In this document: positions 59,917-64,000 of the stretch, piece by piece
Layout of the letters: each line of letters starts with the position of its first letter
How positions within the stretch are numbered: the stretch's first letter is position 1
Source: Mustelus asterias
Taxonomy: Eukaryota
DNA: 64,000 nucleotides
Assembly (NCBI RefSeq): GCF_964213995.1
Contig: NC_135807.1
Span: forward strand, 116,126,001 to 116,190,000
Direction of reading: 5' to 3'
The notes under the pieces: model-generated
Told to the model about the DNA's origin: nothing
Database searches by the model: none
What the model saw: the letters and a program-made list of their open reading frames with translations, nothing else
Position numbers and translations under genes: made by a program

Positions 59917-60429
59917 ATGGGTATCAAATTAGCTGTCAGACTTATTTCTCTGGCCAGGATTTTTTAGGATGGCGGTGTTTTGCCTTCTTGTCTTCTGAGG
60001 CCTAAACAGAGAACATATTCCCGCCAATACTGTCTGTCCCGCAGTCATTTATCGCTCCAGCAAATGCTAATTGGCTGGAGGTGGGACATCATCCCCTCAC
60101 TTGGGCAAAAGATGTGCCTCAGAAAGCTACCAGCCAATTGGCCAGCAGCCCGTTAATCCCTGCAATGCCAGAAGCTGCAGTGGACTGGGGCTACAGGCAG
60201 CCCCCTGAGTGTAAACTCCAGGAGTACAGGACCAGGTGTGTTTTGGGGGTCTTAGGATGGGGTGGGGAGGTGAGGTCCGTGGGGGTGGACGGAGGCGTGT
60301 AATAGTGCTGGTGCGAGAGACCAGAGGTAGGGGTGGGGTAGTAGGACCTGCAGTGATCAGTACTTCTCGTGGGGTGGGGGGTGGGGGTGGGGTGGGGGGG
60401 GGGGGGGGGGGCGGTGGATGCTGATGCTA

Positions 60430-60739
60430 AAAGTTTTAAGTTTATGCAGCTTATTCATCAGTGTCACAAGTAGGCTTACATTAACACTGCAATGAAGTTA
60501 CTGTGAAAATCCCCCAGTCGCCACACTCCGGCTCCTGTTCGGGTACACTGAGGGAGAATTTAGCATGGCCAATCCACCTAACCAACACATCTTTCAGACT
60601 GTGGGAGGAAACTGGAACACCCAGAGGAAACCCATGCAGATGCGAGAAGAAATGCAGACTCTGCACAAACAGTGACCCAAGCCGGGAATTGAACTCGGGC
60701 CCCTAGTGATATGAGGCAGCAGCGCTAACCACTGTGCCA
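60430..60739 (-). mobile_element. HE1-type SINE with alternative tail
   Basis: Reverse complement of 40665-40960. Confidence 0.87.
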
Positions 60740-60819
60740 GGAGCCTGCTGATGGAGGCACCAGTCTTACCTTCTCTTACTCACTTTCTTTGGTCTCTTCT
60801 GTCTGAAAAAAATATATAC

Positions 60820-61320
60820 TAGCTTTAGAAGCAGTTCAAAGAATGTTCACTGAACTCATGCCTGGGATGAAGGAGTTATCTTATGAAGGAAAGTCAAATA
60901 GGTTCAGCCTAGACCCGTTGGAGTTCATGAGAGATGATCTTGTTTGAATATATACGATCCTGAGGGAACCTGATAGGGTGTTGTGGAGGAGACTGAAACT
61001 AAGGTATATAGTTTACCAATAATCGGATTGACTTTTAAGACAGAGATGAGGAGGATTTCTCTCTCCAAAAGGGTCATTGTGCGGACTCATTTTCTTCAGA
61101 AATTGGTAGAGGCAGCGTCATTGAACTTATTCAAGGCTGAGTTAGATAGATTGTTATGCAAGGGAGTCAAGGATTAGAATGGCAGTGGGGGGGGGGAGGT
61201 GGGCTGCTGGAGAGGGGATGGATAGGAAAGTGCACCTGGGACCACAACCAGATCAGCCATGATCTTATTGAATATTGGCTAAATGGCCAACTCCTGCTCC
61301 TATGTTCCTATGTTCCTGTG
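60820..61320 (+). mobile_element. Degenerate CR1 3' fragment
   Basis: LEAVQRMFTEL..GMKELSYEE, FKTEMRR, FKAELDR; (TATGTTCC) tail. Confidence 0.8.
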
Positions 61321-62598
61321 TTTCATGCCCCTTGACCTTTACACTGAATATGTTTTATGGTATCTTTTTGAAACCTCTTTGCAAGTCTGTGTGTTTGACA
61401 TTCACTACATTATTCTCTCCATTATTTCCTTAAAGAACTCAATAAATGGACTTGAATCATGAACTTCCTTTCAGAACTTAATGCTGACCAGTTTTATTGT
61501 ATTCTGCATCTCGAGATGCTTTGCTATGTAGTCTTTTAGTCAATATTCCATTTTCGTTCCCAACACTGCTGCAAAGGTAACTGATCTATGGTTCTCTGGA
61601 TTAGTTCCACTTCCCTTTTCGAAAATAGGAATGACATTTGCTGTCTGCCTTTCCGCTGGCACTCTTCTGTCTTCCGTCAATAATGGTGCATCTGTTTATT
61701 CAAATACTCAGATATCCAAATAAGCACCTCCCTTGCTTATTTGAATATCTGTGAATGTCATCCATTCACACTGAGACTTCTACTTAACATTGGTTAGTTT
61801 GTCTCTTTTTTATAATTGTAGCTGTCTCTTAGCTATTGTAATGTTCCTGTTCTTCTGCTATTGTCACTTTCACTTTCCCTTTGGTAACCCCATGCAAACT
61901 GTCCCAGTTGGCTGACTTTCAGCGGCAGGGAGGTTTCCCAGCTATTGGCTAGGGGGCAGATGAGTTGTCCACTCCATGGAGGCAGGCAGCTAATTTGAAT
62001 AAATGAAGCCATTTTATTGTATCACTGGCATTTGGCTGATGCCAGGCTGCTCCCCATCCCCCCTCACCTCCGCCAATGGCATGAGGAGGGCATCAGATTA
62101 ATGAAGGAACAGGGTCGAAGGGCTGAATGGCCTACTCCTGTTCCTATTTCTTATGGTCTTATAAAGGTGGCTTACCTGTGACAGCCCATGAGGCCATCAG
62201 AAATGGTGTCAGTATGCGCTGAGGAAGTTGAGGATGTGAAAGGTCAACCCCACAGCCCCAATGATCCCCCAGAGGGGTTTTCCCTGCAATTGAGGTGGCC
62301 GCCTAACCACAGCCATCCAATTTTTTTAATTTTTACTGAGCGATATGAAGGCACCTCCATCTTGAGTTGCCCTCAAGGTCACCTGCTTGCCTCCGCAGAG
62401 CCCACCTCCCCCAGCATTATTGCCAAGATTTCAGAACAGCTCGCTGCTGTCTGATTGGGCCGGCAGCATCAGGAACCCGCTGAGGATGGCGGACTCACAG
62501 GGAGCCAGTTGGGAGACCACCTCTGGTTAGATTGATGAGTCAGTCTCATTTTTCACCCCAAGAAGTCTGTGGTTTAAAAAAAAACAAATTGACCCACT

Positions 62599-62723
62599 GG
62601 CCAGAATTTACTGCCTCACCCACCCCAGAATCGAGGTGGGTGAGGTTCGCAGAACGGTATTCTCCATTGGCCTCGGGCAGGATCTTACCAGTCTTGCGCG
62701 GGCGAGGCGCTAAAATTCCGGCA
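62599..62723. mobile_element. PIF/Harbinger-type MITE
   Basis: TIRs GGCCAGAATTTA / TAAAATTCCGGC; 3-bp TSD ACT/ACT. Confidence 0.75.
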
Positions 62724-63169
62724 ACTGTCTGTGTTCCTGCATTTTAAGAATGTTGACCTAATCTTCCATGTGAACAATGACAGACATACAAGGCCTTCAG
62801 ATTCATCCAGCCTGTCCCACATAATTGTGATCCCTCTGTGTATTAAAATATATCCACTTCTTACCTTTTACAAAACTGCATGATGTTCTTGGAGTGTCAA
62901 GAAGACAGATAAAAACCCATGCTAATTTATGGGGGAAAGATCTGGAAAATTCACCGCCAAACCATCCAGGTGACTTATGCTTGTTCAGGAGATTGCTCTA
63001 GCCCCGTGTTCCCCGAATCTTTTCGAAGAGTTGCCACCTGACAAGCAGAAATAGGTTCAGTTTTTCCTTGATGGAATTCAGCGAATCCCAATCCATCATA
63101 TAACATGAGAGCATGTTTGAAAGGCCTGCTGTTCTTTGGGGAAAGAACCACTTCCTGGCCTCTCAAGAT

Positions 63170-63955
63170 GGGCGGCACAGTGGTTAGCACTGCTGCCTCA
63201 CAGTCCCAGGGACCTGGGTTCAATTCCGGCCTTGGGTGGCTGTCTGCTTGGATTTCCCCCAGGTGCTCCAGTTTCCTCCCACAGTCCAAAGATATGCAGG
63301 TTAGGTGGATTGGTCAGGCTGAATTGTCCCTTAGGGCTCAATTTTACCATCAAGTTGTGCCCATTTTCAGGCACAAAACTTGATAAAGTTGGGCGTGAGA
63401 CGAGTAGCGCAATCCGCGACCGCCTCTGTGCCGAATCCTCCTTTATCGAGGGCCGAAAATGGCCGCCATCGGAATGGCATACATTTAAATTGACATTTGC
63501 ATGCATTTAAATTGGCTTAATGGGCTGCATGCCCAAAGTTACCGGCACTTCCTCCTTTATCACCACGTTCACCCATCCAGATTCGGCACAAAACAGACAT
63601 GGTCTGCAAAGGTCCAATTCGGCGCTCCAGCTTCTGAGGCAGTAAGTTCCGAGCTTTTGGCGGCTTTCTTCTTCAGATGTGTTGCGTGGGGGGGGAGGTG
63701 TGGAGGGAGGTGGGACAGATGACTCTGTGTGTCAAATTGGTGGGGGGGAGGCGGGGGGGCAGGGGGTCAGATGGTTCTATGCGTCAAATTGGTGAGGGGG
63801 TGCAGGGGAGTCAGATGGCTCTGTGCGTCAGATCGGTGGTGGGGTGAGAGATAAATGCATAGAGTGGGGAAGTGGGCCAGGGTAAGATGCTCTTTGGAGA
63901 GTTGGTGCAGACTCAATGGGCTGAATGGCCTCCTTCTGCACTGTAAGTATTCTAA
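63170..63955 (+). mobile_element. HE1 SINE split by a Harbinger-like element (~63334-63850)
   Basis: Head and core at 63170-63332; TIR-like GGGCTCAATTTTACC at 63334; SINE tail resumes at ~63855. Confidence 0.75.
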
Positions 63956-64000
63956 TCTCGGTCTGGTCTCATACAATTTAAAATTGTGAAGATTGATCCT

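Overview
Eukaryotic, almost entirely transposon-derived DNA, most likely from an elasmobranch (shark). The evidence is abundant HE1/V-SINE-type tRNA SINEs with CR1-type tails, a Deu-domain SINE and CR1 LINEs. I recognised no host protein-coding exon. Main content: (1) two young, near full-length minus-strand Ty3/Gypsy elements (15392-19895 and 52748-57232, each with a 5-bp TSD) and a related solo LTR; (2) four older degenerate Gypsy elements; (3) many CR1 fragments; (4) two Penelope-like families carrying minimal hammerhead ribozymes; (5) PIF/Harbinger relics and MITEs; (6) an APE-RT LINE family with a tRNA-like head, plus its internally deleted SINE. The strongest signal is in the two young Gypsy families. 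Both lack a tRNA primer-binding site. Instead, each has a 15-nt segment 1 nt outside the 5' LTR that is complementary to the poly(A)-signal region of its own LTR, with compensatory changes between the families. Both also have a YLDN reverse-transcriptase motif. This suggests a self-priming and/or poly(A)-occluding replication system. Family assignments come from motif recognition by eye, not database searches, and coordinates of old elements are approximate.
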